Position numbers and translations under genes: made by a program. A model generated the notes under the pieces. It was not told the origin of the DNA and did no database searches. It worked only from the letters and a program-made list of their open reading frames with translations. Shown here piece after piece: positions 39,782 to 49,389 of a DNA stretch of 64,000 bases (positions are counted from its first letter, which is position 1; each line of letters starts with the position of its first letter). Source of the DNA: Endomicrobiia bacterium (GTDB lineage: Bacteria; Elusimicrobiota; Endomicrobiia; DTEH01); contig JBCNUU010000001.1 of assembly GCA_039630545.1 (NCBI GenBank), positions 64,001 through 128,000 on the forward strand, written 5' to 3'.

Positions 39782-40999
39782 ATGAAAAAAATAGTAGTCA
39801 ACTCAGTTCCTCTTCTATCTCCCTTAACCGGTGTAGGAAGATACTTATTTAGCATTCTTGAAAATATAGAACAACTTGACAAAGTAAATAAATATTACTT
39901 CTACTACGGAATAGGAAATACTGATAAATTTTTTAAAAGGAAACCTAATTTTTGGGAAATTAGTCCATGGAGTAAGTTTTCAATTATTGTTAAATATTCT
40001 ATTCCTGGGGTAAAATCTATCTTTAATTTTTTTATGATAAATAAGTTTCTTCACACTTCGTTTGGATATAAAACCGAACGTTTTGTGAAGCGTTTCATAA
40101 AATTTTACTTAAGACTACTGTTTCACTATGATAAAAACCATTACGACATATATTTTGAACCAAACTTTATCCCATTAGATGAGATTAAAGCAAAAAAGAT
40201 TGTCACTACAGTGCATGATTTTTCTTTTCATTTATATCCCCAATGGCATCCTGAAGATCGTGTTTTGTTCTTTAGAAAAAATTTTTGGAGAAATATTTAT
40301 AAATCAGATATAATAGTTACAGTTTCCAATTATGTAAAAGAAGAAGCTAAAAGATTGCTTAAAGGATATAAAGGAGAAATAGTTACAATCTACAATGGAT
40401 ATGATAAAAACAAGTTTTGTTTAATAGAAAAAAGTGTTTTACAAGAATATAGAAATAAAAAAAATCTTCCTGAAAATTTTCTTTTATTTGTTGGAAGTGT
40501 AGAACCAAGAAAAAATCTTTTAGGACTTCTTAAAGCATATAGTTTGTTGCCAGAATACATAAGAAAGGACATAAAACTTTTAATTGTTGGTTTTCGTGGA
40601 TGGAAAAATAAAGAAGTGATGCAGATTATTTCTAAACTTAAAAATGATATTTTTTATATAGGATATGTTGATGATTTTGAGCTTCCTTTGCTTTATAACT
40701 TAGCTTTGGCAAGTATTTATCCATCTTTCTATGAGGGATTCGGTTTGCCTAATATAGAAGCGATGGCATGTGGCTGTCCTGTTGTCACTTCTGATATACC
40801 TTCAATTAAAGAGATATGCCATGATGCTGTATATTATGTAAATCCACATGATATTGAAAGCATAAAAGATGGTATAATAAAGATAGTTGAAGATGAAAAA
40901 ATAAGAGAGACTTTAAAGGCAAAAGGGCTTAAACATGTAGAGAAATACTCTTGGAAAGAATCAGCCAAAAAACATATCGAATTATTTAACAAGCTATAG
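39782..40999 (+). CDS. GT4 glycosyltransferase (mannosyltransferase-like)
   Basis: TGVGRY, TVHD, GSVEPRKN and PSFYEGFGLPNIEAMACG motifs. Confidence 0.9.
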   Translation: MKKIVVNSVPLLSPLTGVGRYLFSILENIEQLDKVNKYYFYYGIGNTDKFFKRKPNFWEISPWSKFSIIVKYSIPGVKSIFNFFMINKFLHTSFGYKTERFVKRFIKFYLRLLFHYDKNHYDIYFEPNFIPLDEIKAKKIVTTVHDFSFHLYPQWHPEDRVLFFRKNFWRNIYKSDIIVTVSNYVKEEAKRLLKGYKGEIVTIYNGYDKNKFCLIEKSVLQEYRNKKNLPENFLLFVGSVEPRKNLLGLLKAYSLLPEYIRKDIKLLIVGFRGWKNKEVMQIISKLKNDIFYIGYVDDFELPLLYNLALASIYPSFYEGFGLPNIEAMACGCPVVTSDIPSIKEICHDAVYYVNPHDIESIKDGIIKIVEDEKIRETLKAKGLKHVEKYSWKESAKKHIELFNKL

Positions 41000-41001
41000 T
41001 A

Positions 41002-42963
41002 ATGAAAGAAAATATAAATGATAAAATAACCTTCAACAAAGAAGCCTTGGAGTATAAAATTCTTAAAACAACCAAAACACTAAAGAATTTTAAAATTGGT
41101 TTTGTTTTGTTTATAATAGGTGTTATTGTATTTTTTTTAGAAGTATGTCCACCACCGGGTAGATTAAGTTTTAACTGGTGGCTTTTGTTTTTTTGTGTTG
41201 TTAGTTTTTTTTGGGGGTTTTTATGTAAAGATTATAGCATAGCTGGGCTTATATTGCCAACAGCTAATGGACTTTCAACATTTTTGTCTTCTTACTATTA
41301 TCCTGTAGTATCACTTTTGATTTTATTTTTAGTTTTGGGTTTTGTTTTATCTAATAAATTTAGTGGGAATATTTTTTATAATTATAATAAAAATAAAGCT
41401 ATAATACTTTTAGTGTTTTTATTCTTTATAATAAATATAATTTCAGCATTCTGGAGTTTCTTTTATCTTATATACCCTGGGATAGTTTATCCTGTTAATT
41501 ATAAAGGTGAAGATAGTTTTAATATGGTAGTGCATGTGGTAGGATATTTTTTTGTTCCTTTTGTGGTTAGTATCTTGTTGTTTATTTTGAACTTGCTTTT
41601 TAAAAGTGAGATCGAAATTGAAAAGTTTTTTAAATTTTTAATAATAGGTTTTATAATTGCTTGCATTGGTGGAATTTTTCAGCATTTTGGAGTTATAACA
41701 ACTAATTTTGGTTACGGAGTTCCATGGGAAAAAAGGATAAATAGTTCCTTTTCTAATGTTAATTCTTTTGCTTTAAGTTCTTCGTTAGTTGTTTTTATTT
41801 TTGCTTATTATTTACTTGTTTTTAGAAAACTTGAATATAAAATAGTAACTTTTATTGCTATAGGACTTATTGTCAGTACAAATTTGTTACTTACAGGTTC
41901 TAGAAGTGCTTTAGTTCTTATGATTTTAGTTGCTGTTTTCAGTGTTTTATATGTAATAAGTAACCGAAAAGTTTTTTTTTCTGTTAAATTAGTTTTTTTT
42001 ATTTTAATACTTATTTTTATTTTTTGCTTTTTGATATTAAAAATAAATACTTTCGGGTTAACTAGAATTTTGAAAACCAATTTAAAAGAAGAAATACAAG
42101 GTAGAAGTATTTTTTGGAAAGTTGGATGGAGACTTTTTAAAAACAATATATTAGTTGGGAATGGAATAAAAAGTGTTTATATAAATTTTTACAATATTAT
42201 TCAATCAGGATATTTATCAGATAATGCTTGTAATACTTATGTACATTTTCTTGCGGAGATAGGAGTGTTAGGTTTGTGTTTGTTTGGTTTAATTGTTGTT
42301 TTTATTTTAAAGTCCTTTTTTTATTCAGTAAAAAATAAAAACCATTTTGAAGTAATAATAAGCATAATTCTGGTTTGTTTTTTAATTGTAAGTTTTTTTG
42401 GTCACCACTTAGATGCAGAAGAAGTTTCTATTTTGTTTTGGATGCTGCTTTCTTTTGTCTCTCATGATAAAATTTTTGAAAAAAATTTTTATATAACAAA
42501 GTGGATAGTTTTTGGATTAGTAAGTTTATTTTTTTTAATATCTTCTTATGTAAACATTAAAAAATTGAAAAACTTTAATGTTTTAATGTATAAACCTTAT
42601 GCAGGTATATATGGCAAAGAAAAATTTCAAGACAAAAAAAATGTATTTTTTACAGATAAATACGCTATATTTAGCACTAAATATTTTAAAAGTAATAAAG
42701 TTATTCTAGAATTTTACAACAAGCACATAAAAGATCAAGAAGTAACTGTGTTTTTAGATATGCAAAAATATTCTACTTTAAAACTAGAACCAGACAGATG
42801 GTGTCGGTTAGAGGTAGCTTTAGATAAACCTGAGATTTCAACTATAAAGATTATAGTAAAAAAAACTTATTACGAAGCAGGAATGTTAAGATACATCTTT
42901 CCATTTATCGGTAAAGATTACAGGCGCTTAGGAGTACTTGTTAGTTTTTATGAACTTAACTAA
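41002..42963 (+). CDS. O-antigen ligase family protein
   Basis: RINSSFSNVNSF, LTGSRSA, RSIFWK...LVGNG...NACNTYVHFLAEIGVLG; multi-TM. Confidence 0.8.
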   Translation: MKENINDKITFNKEALEYKILKTTKTLKNFKIGFVLFIIGVIVFFLEVCPPPGRLSFNWWLLFFCVVSFFWGFLCKDYSIAGLILPTANGLSTFLSSYYYPVVSLLILFLVLGFVLSNKFSGNIFYNYNKNKAIILLVFLFFIINIISAFWSFFYLIYPGIVYPVNYKGEDSFNMVVHVVGYFFVPFVVSILLFILNLLFKSEIEIEKFFKFLIIGFIIACIGGIFQHFGVITTNFGYGVPWEKRINSSFSNVNSFALSSSLVVFIFAYYLLVFRKLEYKIVTFIAIGLIVSTNLLLTGSRSALVLMILVAVFSVLYVISNRKVFFSVKLVFFILILIFIFCFLILKINTFGLTRILKTNLKEEIQGRSIFWKVGWRLFKNNILVGNGIKSVYINFYNIIQSGYLSDNACNTYVHFLAEIGVLGLCLFGLIVVFILKSFFYSVKNKNHFEVIISIILVCFLIVSFFGHHLDAEEVSILFWMLLSFVSHDKIFEKNFYITKWIVFGLVSLFFLISSYVNIKKLKNFNVLMYKPYAGIYGKEKFQDKKNVFFTDKYAIFSTKYFKSNKVILEFYNKHIKDQEVTVFLDMQKYSTLKLEPDRWCRLEVALDKPEISTIKIIVKKTYYEAGMLRYIFPFIGKDYRRLGVLVSFYELN

Positions 42964-44080
42964 CATAAAAGTAGCTTTAGTTCATGATTGGCTTACTGGG
43001 ATGCGAGGAGGAGAAAAGGTGCTTGAGGCGTTGTGTGAAATTTTTCCGTCAGCGGATATTTATACTTTAGTTTATATTCCAGGTAGTACTTCAAAAATTA
43101 TAGAAGACAGAAAAATTCATACATCATTTATTCAGAAATTTCCTAATATTGAAAAAAATTATAGATATTATCTGCCAGTTATGCCGTTAGCAATATCTCA
43201 ATTTGATCTTTCTGGTTATGATTTAGTTATAAGTTCAAGCCATTGTGTAGCTAAAGGAGTAAAAATTGGAGATAAAACACTTCATATATGTTATTGTCAT
43301 ACTCCTATGAGATATATCTGGGATATGTATGATTTATATTTTGGTAAAAACTCCAATTCCTCTTTTTTTGCAAAATTAGCTATGAGAGTAATTAGAAAAC
43401 ATCTTCAACACTGGGATGTTAAAACCTCACAAAATGTAGACTTTTTTGTTGCTAACTCCAACAATGTAAAAGAAAGAATAAAAAGAATTTATAATCGTGA
43501 TTCTTTTGTTATTTATCCACCGGTGAATACAGATTTTTTTGTCCCTGCCAGTTTTAAAAATAATCCAGACTTAAAGAAAGATAGTTATTATCTTGTTGTA
43601 TCTGCATTTGCTCCTTATAAAAAAATTGATATCGTAATAGAAGCATTTAAAATGTTAAAAAGAAATTTAAAAATAATTGGTTCTGGTCAGCAGGAATTCT
43701 ATTTGAAGAAATTAGCTAAAAAACATAACAATATAGAATTTTTAGGATGGGTTGATGATGAAAAGTTAAAATATTACTATCAAAATGCAAAAGCTTTGAT
43801 ATTTCCTGCAGAAGAAGATTTTGGGATAGTACCTGTTGAAGCCCAAGCGTGTGGTATTCCTGTTGTGGCTTATCGCAAAGGTGGGGTTTTGGAGACGGTT
43901 ATTGAAAATCACACGGGTATTTTTTTTGATACCCAAACACCTCAAGCTGTAAAAGAAGCAGTTTTAAAGTTTGAGAAAATGGTATTTGAACCTCAGAAAA
44001 TAAGGCAACAAGCATTGAAATTTAGCAAAGAAAGATTTATAAAAGAAATAAAAGAATTTATAAAAGAAAAGTTGATTTAA
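42950..44080 (+). CDS. GT4 glycosyltransferase (WbaZ-like)
   Basis: VALVHDWLTGMRGGEKV, YCHTPMRYIWD and EEDFGIVPVEAQACG; ATG at 42950. Confidence 0.9.
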   Translation: MNLTNIKVALVHDWLTGMRGGEKVLEALCEIFPSADIYTLVYIPGSTSKIIEDRKIHTSFIQKFPNIEKNYRYYLPVMPLAISQFDLSGYDLVISSSHCVAKGVKIGDKTLHICYCHTPMRYIWDMYDLYFGKNSNSSFFAKLAMRVIRKHLQHWDVKTSQNVDFFVANSNNVKERIKRIYNRDSFVIYPPVNTDFFVPASFKNNPDLKKDSYYLVVSAFAPYKKIDIVIEAFKMLKRNLKIIGSGQQEFYLKKLAKKHNNIEFLGWVDDEKLKYYYQNAKALIFPAEEDFGIVPVEAQACGIPVVAYRKGGVLETVIENHTGIFFDTQTPQAVKEAVLKFEKMVFEPQKIRQQALKFSKERFIKEIKEFIKEKLI

Positions 44081-44081
44081 T

Positions 44082-45461
44082 ATGAACTCTATAATTTTAG
44101 CTGGAGGAGCAGGTACTCGTCTGTGGCCATTATCAAGAAAATTTTCACCTAAATTTTTGTTAAAAATTGGTTCTTCCAGGTATTCTTTGTTTCAACAAAC
44201 ATTTCTTAGGGTAAAAAAATTTACTGCTTTAGAGAAAATTTTTGTTGTGGTAAATAGAGAATATAAGTTCTTAATAAAAGAGAATCTTCAAGATTTAAAT
44301 ATAGATTTCCCACTGGAAAATATAATTGCCGAACCCGAGGTAAGAAATACTCTTGTTGCTGTTGGTTTAGGTTGTTGGTTTATAAAAAATAAATTTTGTG
44401 ATGAAGAAATAGTAGGAGTTTTCCCTTCAGACCATATTATTAAACCATCAGGTGAACTTGTCTCATATGTTAAAAAAGCAGAAAAACTGGCAGAAGATGA
44501 AAACATAGTGTTATTCGGAATAAAACCCAATAGAGTTGAGCCAGATTATGGTCATATAAAGGTAAAAAATAAAAGTAAAAATAATGTTTGCTATAATGTT
44601 GAAGAATTTATAGAAAAGCCTGAGTATAACTTGGCTAAAAAACTGATGAAAAATCAAAATATATACTGGAATAGTGGAATTTTTGTTTTTAAAATAAAAA
44701 CCTTTTTTGAAGAATTAAAAAAATTTCAAAATGATTTATATAAAAATTTTGAAAAATTTAACTATGATGAAGTTGATAAATTGTATGAAAAGCTAAAACC
44801 TATATCAATTGATAAAGGATTGATTGAAAAAACAAATAAGTTAAAACTCATCCCTATTCAAAAAGTTTTCTGGGATGATGTTGGCAGCTGGATATCTTTT
44901 GAAAGAATTTACAAAAAGGATAAAAATAATAATGTTATTCTTTCAAAAAATTTTGATTTAGAGAGTACAAATTCAATAATAGTAGGAGACCAGAGTCGAA
45001 TAATAGTTACAGCTGGATTAAAAGACACAATTGTAGTTGATACAGAAGATGCTTTATTAGTTTTAAATAAAAGTTATATCTCCAAAATCAAACAGATAAT
45101 TGAAAAAATAAAAGATGAAACAACAAAATACCACAAAACCACAAAAAGACCGTGGGGATTTTATACAGTTTTAACAAAAAAAGACAACTACAAGGTAAAA
45201 CTCATAAATGTACAACCTAACAAAAAAATAAGCTTACAAAAACACTTAAAGCGCAGTGAGATGTGGTTTGTAGTATCAGGTGTGGCTAAAATTACCTGTA
45301 ATGGAAAAACAAAGTATGTCAAAAATGGAGAAACTTTTAAAGTAAATAAGGGTGTTCCTCACAGAATAGAAAATCCTTCCTCTACAGATATTCTTGAGAT
45401 AATAGAAGTAAGCAGAGGTAAGTATCTGGATGAAGATGATATAGTAAGGTTAGAAAAATAG
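44082..45461 (+). CDS. manC: Mannose-1-phosphate guanylyltransferase / mannose-6-phosphate isomerase
   Basis: LAGGAGTRLWPLSR, PSDH, FIEKP, WNSG, WDDVGSW and a cupin C-terminus RPWG...HRIEN. Confidence 0.93.
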   Translation: MNSIILAGGAGTRLWPLSRKFSPKFLLKIGSSRYSLFQQTFLRVKKFTALEKIFVVVNREYKFLIKENLQDLNIDFPLENIIAEPEVRNTLVAVGLGCWFIKNKFCDEEIVGVFPSDHIIKPSGELVSYVKKAEKLAEDENIVLFGIKPNRVEPDYGHIKVKNKSKNNVCYNVEEFIEKPEYNLAKKLMKNQNIYWNSGIFVFKIKTFFEELKKFQNDLYKNFEKFNYDEVDKLYEKLKPISIDKGLIEKTNKLKLIPIQKVFWDDVGSWISFERIYKKDKNNNVILSKNFDLESTNSIIVGDQSRIIVTAGLKDTIVVDTEDALLVLNKSYISKIKQIIEKIKDETTKYHKTTKRPWGFYTVLTKKDNYKVKLINVQPNKKISLQKHLKRSEMWFVVSGVAKITCNGKTKYVKNGETFKVNKGVPHRIENPSSTDILEIIEVSRGKYLDEDDIVRLEK

Positions 45462-45499
45462 CTAATAAAATTTTTAAAATTTTACTGGATGGGTTTAAT

Positions 45500-47116
45500 A
45501 TGACTATATATATACTGGTTGTAATTTGTATTTTTGTTCTAGCTTACTTTATATATGCTAATTTTTTAGAAAGAAACTTAGAAATAAAAGAAACCGAAGA
45601 AGTTCCTTCACAAGTTAAAAAAGATGGAGTTGATTTTGTTCCTACAAATAGACTTGTACTTCTTGGCCATCACTTTTCTTCTATTGCTGGAGCAGGCCCC
45701 ATAGTTGGACCAATTTTTGCTGGTTTTAGTTTTGGTTGGGTACCAACTTTGTTGTGGATTGTTATTGGCGCAATTTTTATAGGAGGGGTACATGATTTTT
45801 GTTCTCTTGTAATTTCTGTTCGACACCAAGGAAAATCAATTGCAGAAATAGCAAACAAATACATAGACAAAACTACATATAAGGTACTGCTTGTTTTTAT
45901 ATGGTTTTCTTTGATGTATGTGGTAGCAGTATTTGCAGACATAGCAGCTGATACTTTTTCATCTAATGCCTCGGTAGCGCAGGTGAGTATGTGGTATGTT
46001 GGTGTGGCTGTTTTATTTGGAGTTTTAGTTTATAGAGTTAAATTTGATTTAGTAACTTCAACTGTTATTGCTTTAATTTTGATACTTCTGGGTATAGTTT
46101 TTAACTTAAATTTTAAAATAATTTTTTTGTCAAAAAATATATGGATTTGGATTTTGCTTCTTTATTGTATATTTGCTTCTGTGTTGCCTGTTTGGTTTTT
46201 ACTTCAACCACGGGATTACCTTTCAAGTTATTTTTTGTATTTTAGTGTGTTAATAGGAATTTTAGGACTTATCTTTGGAAAAAACAAAATTTTATATCCC
46301 GGGTTTGTAAGTTTTTATTCTGGTTCAGTTGGACCTCTTTTTCCTTTTATTTTTATAACAGTAGCTTGTGGTGCAATATCTGGGTTTCATTCACTGGTTG
46401 CTTCTGGAACAACTTCTAAACAGCTTGACAATATTAAAAATGCTAAATTTGTAAGTTATGGTGGAATGATCCTTGAAGGAATAGTAGCAGCTGTATCTTT
46501 AAGTACTTTAATGATGTTGCCCTTTAATACAGATTTAAAAAATCCTCAACAGATTTATGCTTCAGGCCTTTCTAAGTTTATAAACGTTTTTGGGATAGAG
46601 CCAGAAATTGGCAAAACCATCGGGTTTCTTACAATATCAGCTTTTATTCTTACTACACTTGACACCGCTACAAGAATCTCAAGATATATTTTTCAGGAAC
46701 TCATAGAAAAACATACAAGTTCTTTAATAGATAGAATAGTTGCTACTCTGGTGTCGCTTTTGTTGCCTTTTATTCTTTTAAGTGTAAAAATAAAAGATGC
46801 TTCTGGAAATATAGTACCTTGCTGGAGAATAATCTGGCCGTTGTTTGGTGCTACTAACCAGCTTCTTGCTGCTTTAGTTTTACTTGTAGTTTTTGTCTGG
46901 TTTAAAAAACAAAACTATAAAGGTGGTTACAGTATATCTTTGCCGATGATATTTATGGTTATTACTACTTTGAGTGCTTTAGTTTATACCATATATGTAA
47001 AAATTTTCCATAGAATTATTGACATATCTATAATTATGGCATCAATTTTAACAATTCTGGCAATATTTGTGATAATAAAATCAATTGAAAAATTAAGTAT
47101 TTATAAAAAAGTGTAA
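45500..47116 (+). CDS. cstA: Carbon starvation protein A family transporter
   Basis: GHHFSSIAGAGPIVGP, LLQPRDY, ACGAISGFHSL and WPLFGATNQL motifs. Confidence 0.93.
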   Translation: MTIYILVVICIFVLAYFIYANFLERNLEIKETEEVPSQVKKDGVDFVPTNRLVLLGHHFSSIAGAGPIVGPIFAGFSFGWVPTLLWIVIGAIFIGGVHDFCSLVISVRHQGKSIAEIANKYIDKTTYKVLLVFIWFSLMYVVAVFADIAADTFSSNASVAQVSMWYVGVAVLFGVLVYRVKFDLVTSTVIALILILLGIVFNLNFKIIFLSKNIWIWILLLYCIFASVLPVWFLLQPRDYLSSYFLYFSVLIGILGLIFGKNKILYPGFVSFYSGSVGPLFPFIFITVACGAISGFHSLVASGTTSKQLDNIKNAKFVSYGGMILEGIVAAVSLSTLMMLPFNTDLKNPQQIYASGLSKFINVFGIEPEIGKTIGFLTISAFILTTLDTATRISRYIFQELIEKHTSSLIDRIVATLVSLLLPFILLSVKIKDASGNIVPCWRIIWPLFGATNQLLAALVLLVVFVWFKKQNYKGGYSISLPMIFMVITTLSALVYTIYVKIFHRIIDISIIMASILTILAIFVIIKSIEKLSIYKKV

Positions 47117-47208
47117 AAAATTTGACATAATGTAAAAAATTTTTGTTAAAAAAGTTTAATTTTTAAATTTATTTTTAGCAAAAAAATTGCATCCTCCACC
47201 ACTATGGG

Positions 47209-47922
47209 ATGGGAAAAACAAAATTTTTAATATTTTTTCTGCCACTGTTTATTAGTATTATATATGGTGGAATTATATGTGACAGATGTGGGATTGAAAA
47301 TCCTGATGAGAATATGTTCTGTCAAGATTGTGGTGCGAGGTTAGTCAAATCTAAATCAACAATCTTTCATGATGAAAAGCCAGCTTCTCAAAATCAAGAA
47401 AAAATTTGTCTCTCCTGTAAAACAAAAAATTTAATTTCTGCTAAATTCTGTCAAAATTGTGGTGTAAAATTATCAGAAATTTCATATAAAAAAGAGCAGT
47501 CTTTAAAGTTCACAAATATAGATGCTTCAAAAAAAACAGGGGCTATTGTTTTTTCTATGCTGTTCCCAGGAGCAGGACACATCTATTTAGGTCATAAGCA
47601 AGAAAAAATAAAAGGGATAATTCTTGCCTCTGCATCTGGGGGTTTGATTTTAAGTAGCATCTTAATGTGGAGTTATGCCGAAGCAAGATATAAAGAATAT
47701 GAAGACACCAAAGATGAGTTTGCCTATGAAGATTATTCATCAAGTATAGATATTGTAAACTTTTTGCTTGTGACACTTGCTGGTGTATGGGTTTATAATG
47801 TAGTAGACATCTTCATTACTACTTCAAAAGTTGGCAAATTTTCACATTTTGGTAAGGATTTTGAAATTTCAATAAATTTTTCGTCTAAGAAGTTTGAAGT
47901 ATGTTTTGCTAAAAAATTTTAA
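47209..47922 (+). CDS. Double zinc-ribbon membrane protein
   Basis: Signal-like N-terminus, two CxxC...FCxxCG units, SMLFPGAGHIYLG and TM segments. Confidence 0.7.
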   Translation: MGKTKFLIFFLPLFISIIYGGIICDRCGIENPDENMFCQDCGARLVKSKSTIFHDEKPASQNQEKICLSCKTKNLISAKFCQNCGVKLSEISYKKEQSLKFTNIDASKKTGAIVFSMLFPGAGHIYLGHKQEKIKGIILASASGGLILSSILMWSYAEARYKEYEDTKDEFAYEDYSSSIDIVNFLLVTLAGVWVYNVVDIFITTSKVGKFSHFGKDFEISINFSSKKFEVCFAKKF

Positions 47923-47949
47923 ATTCTAATTAAAAAGGAGGTACAAAAT

Positions 47950-49188
47950 ATGAAGCATAAAATAATAAAAATAGCTACAGCAATACTGGTTGTTGTGTTG
48001 TTTTTTAGCTGTAGCCAAAGAAAAACTGCTCCATCGAGTGCACAAACCCAAACATACTCATTAAATGTGATTATTAACCCTCCCGGTGCAGGAACAGTTA
48101 CACTTAATCCTTCCGGACCCACATACAACGCAGGAACAGTTGTAACACTTACAGCCACCCCACACAGTGGATATGTGTTTTCTAGTTGGGCTGGAGATTT
48201 AACCGGGACAACAAATCCTGCTACTATTACTATGAACTCAAACAAAACTGTAGTAGCTAACTTTACTCAAACCGGAAGTGGCGGTGGTGGCAGTGGTGGT
48301 GGCAGTGGTGGTGGCAGCGGTGGTGGCGGCGGTACTACTACTACTTATACTCTTAATGTATTAATTTCTCCACAAGGAGCGGGAGCAGTTACCTTAAATC
48401 CTGCAGGGGGGACGTATCCTGCTGGGACTCAAGTTACACTTACAGCAACTCCTTATTCAGGTTATATATTTTCATCTTGGTCAGGTGACCTAACAGGAAC
48501 TTCAAATCCTGTAACAATTATTATGAACTCTAATAAATCTGTAACAGCTGTTTTCACTGCCTCTGGTGGTGGCAGTGGCGGTGGCGGTGGTGGTGGCGGC
48601 GGTGGTGGTGCTGATACTGCAAAATATAATTTTGAGACTACTGCTCAAGGTTGGCAGGCACAAACTTGGAGGGATTCTCAAGGAATTACTGCTGTAGCAA
48701 GAGATACATCAAAAGCAAAAAATGGAGTGGCAAGCTTAAGGTGTACGGTAAATATACAGGGAGGAGATGAAACAGTTTTACCTAACACAAAAGGTGAAGC
48801 ATGGGTAGATATGCAAAATAATCGCCCTTCTGGAGTTACTACTGTGCCTGTAAATTTATCTAATGCAACTGTTTCTGTATGGGTATTCTTACCAGATGAA
48901 GCAGCAGGAGATCCACAAAAACCAAATGGTATTCAGATTTTCTTTAAAGATAGCAATTGGAAAAATAGATATAGTTCTTGGAAAAACATAGGTAATCCAC
49001 CTTATGGACTTGAAACGAATACTTGGGTGCAGATTACGATTGATTGTGCTACTGAACAGTGGGCATATGATGAAGCAGGATTTGATATGACTAAAGTTAG
49101 AGCAGTTGGTGTAAAAATTGGAACTGGTGGTGGCTCAACAGCTACATTTAATGGCTACATCTGGATTGATTCTTTTGATTGGCAGTAA
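47950..49188 (+). CDS. Lipoprotein: 2 divergent InlB B-type repeats plus C-terminal CBM-like domain
   Basis: Lipobox LFFSC; two repeats (TYxLxVxxxP...GYVFxxWxGD...MNSNKxVxAxF); Gly-rich linkers; Trp-rich YNFE...GW...WIDS beta-sandwich. Confidence 0.8.
   Translation: MKHKIIKIATAILVVVLFFSCSQRKTAPSSAQTQTYSLNVIINPPGAGTVTLNPSGPTYNAGTVVTLTATPHSGYVFSSWAGDLTGTTNPATITMNSNKTVVANFTQTGSGGGGSGGGSGGGSGGGGGTTTTYTLNVLISPQGAGAVTLNPAGGTYPAGTQVTLTATPYSGYIFSSWSGDLTGTSNPVTIIMNSNKSVTAVFTASGGGSGGGGGGGGGGGADTAKYNFETTAQGWQAQTWRDSQGITAVARDTSKAKNGVASLRCTVNIQGGDETVLPNTKGEAWVDMQNNRPSGVTTVPVNLSNATVSVWVFLPDEAAGDPQKPNGIQIFFKDSNWKNRYSSWKNIGNPPYGLETNTWVQITIDCATEQWAYDEAGFDMTKVRAVGVKIGTGGGSTATFNGYIWIDSFDWQ
48274..48333 (+). 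repeat. GC-rich tandem repeat encoding a (GGGS)n linker
   Basis: About 3-4 copies of GGTGGTGGCAGY; a second poly-Gly tract lies at 48565-48609. Confidence 0.85.
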
Positions 49189-49202
49189 TTTTTGTGTTGA
49201 AA

Positions 49203-49246
49203 AGAGGGGGTACTCTTTTAATGAAGCGAGAGTGCCCCCTCTCTTT
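49203..49246 (+). terminator. GC-rich stem-loop (terminator or stabilising hairpin)
   Basis: AGAGGGGGTACTCT (49203-49216) pairs with AGAGTGCCCCCTCT (49229-49242) with one G-U pair; only a short U tract follows. Confidence 0.7.
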
Positions 49247-49266
49247 AAATTGTATAAATTTTAATT

Positions 49267-49345
49267 TCAGTTTCATCTTTTAAAAAGGAGAGCTATTTTA
49301 AATCTTATATTAGAAAGATAGCTCCTTTTTAATAGATGAAATTGA
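49267..49345 (+). promoter_or_regulatory. Long imperfect inverted repeat in the 5' leader of the 49390 gene
   Basis: TCAGTTTCATCTTTTAAAAAGGAG(AG)CTATTTT pairs with AAGATAGCTCCTTTTTAATAGATGAAATTGA, arms of about 31-33 nt. Confidence 0.7.
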
Positions 49346-49389
49346 TATAAATTTAAAATTTTAATGATCAAAAAAGGAGAAGCAAATTT

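Noticed and set aside
36299..45461. Poly-A/poly-T tracts as phase-variation switches in the polysaccharide genes
   Set aside because: Runs of 7-9 A/T are ubiquitous in this AT-rich window, and the pseudogene lesions include a nonsense codon, which is not a reversible slippage event.
47190..47211. Small hairpin CATCC...GGATG covering the 47209 start codon
   Set aside because: Only 5-6 bp of pairing, too weak to support a regulatory claim.
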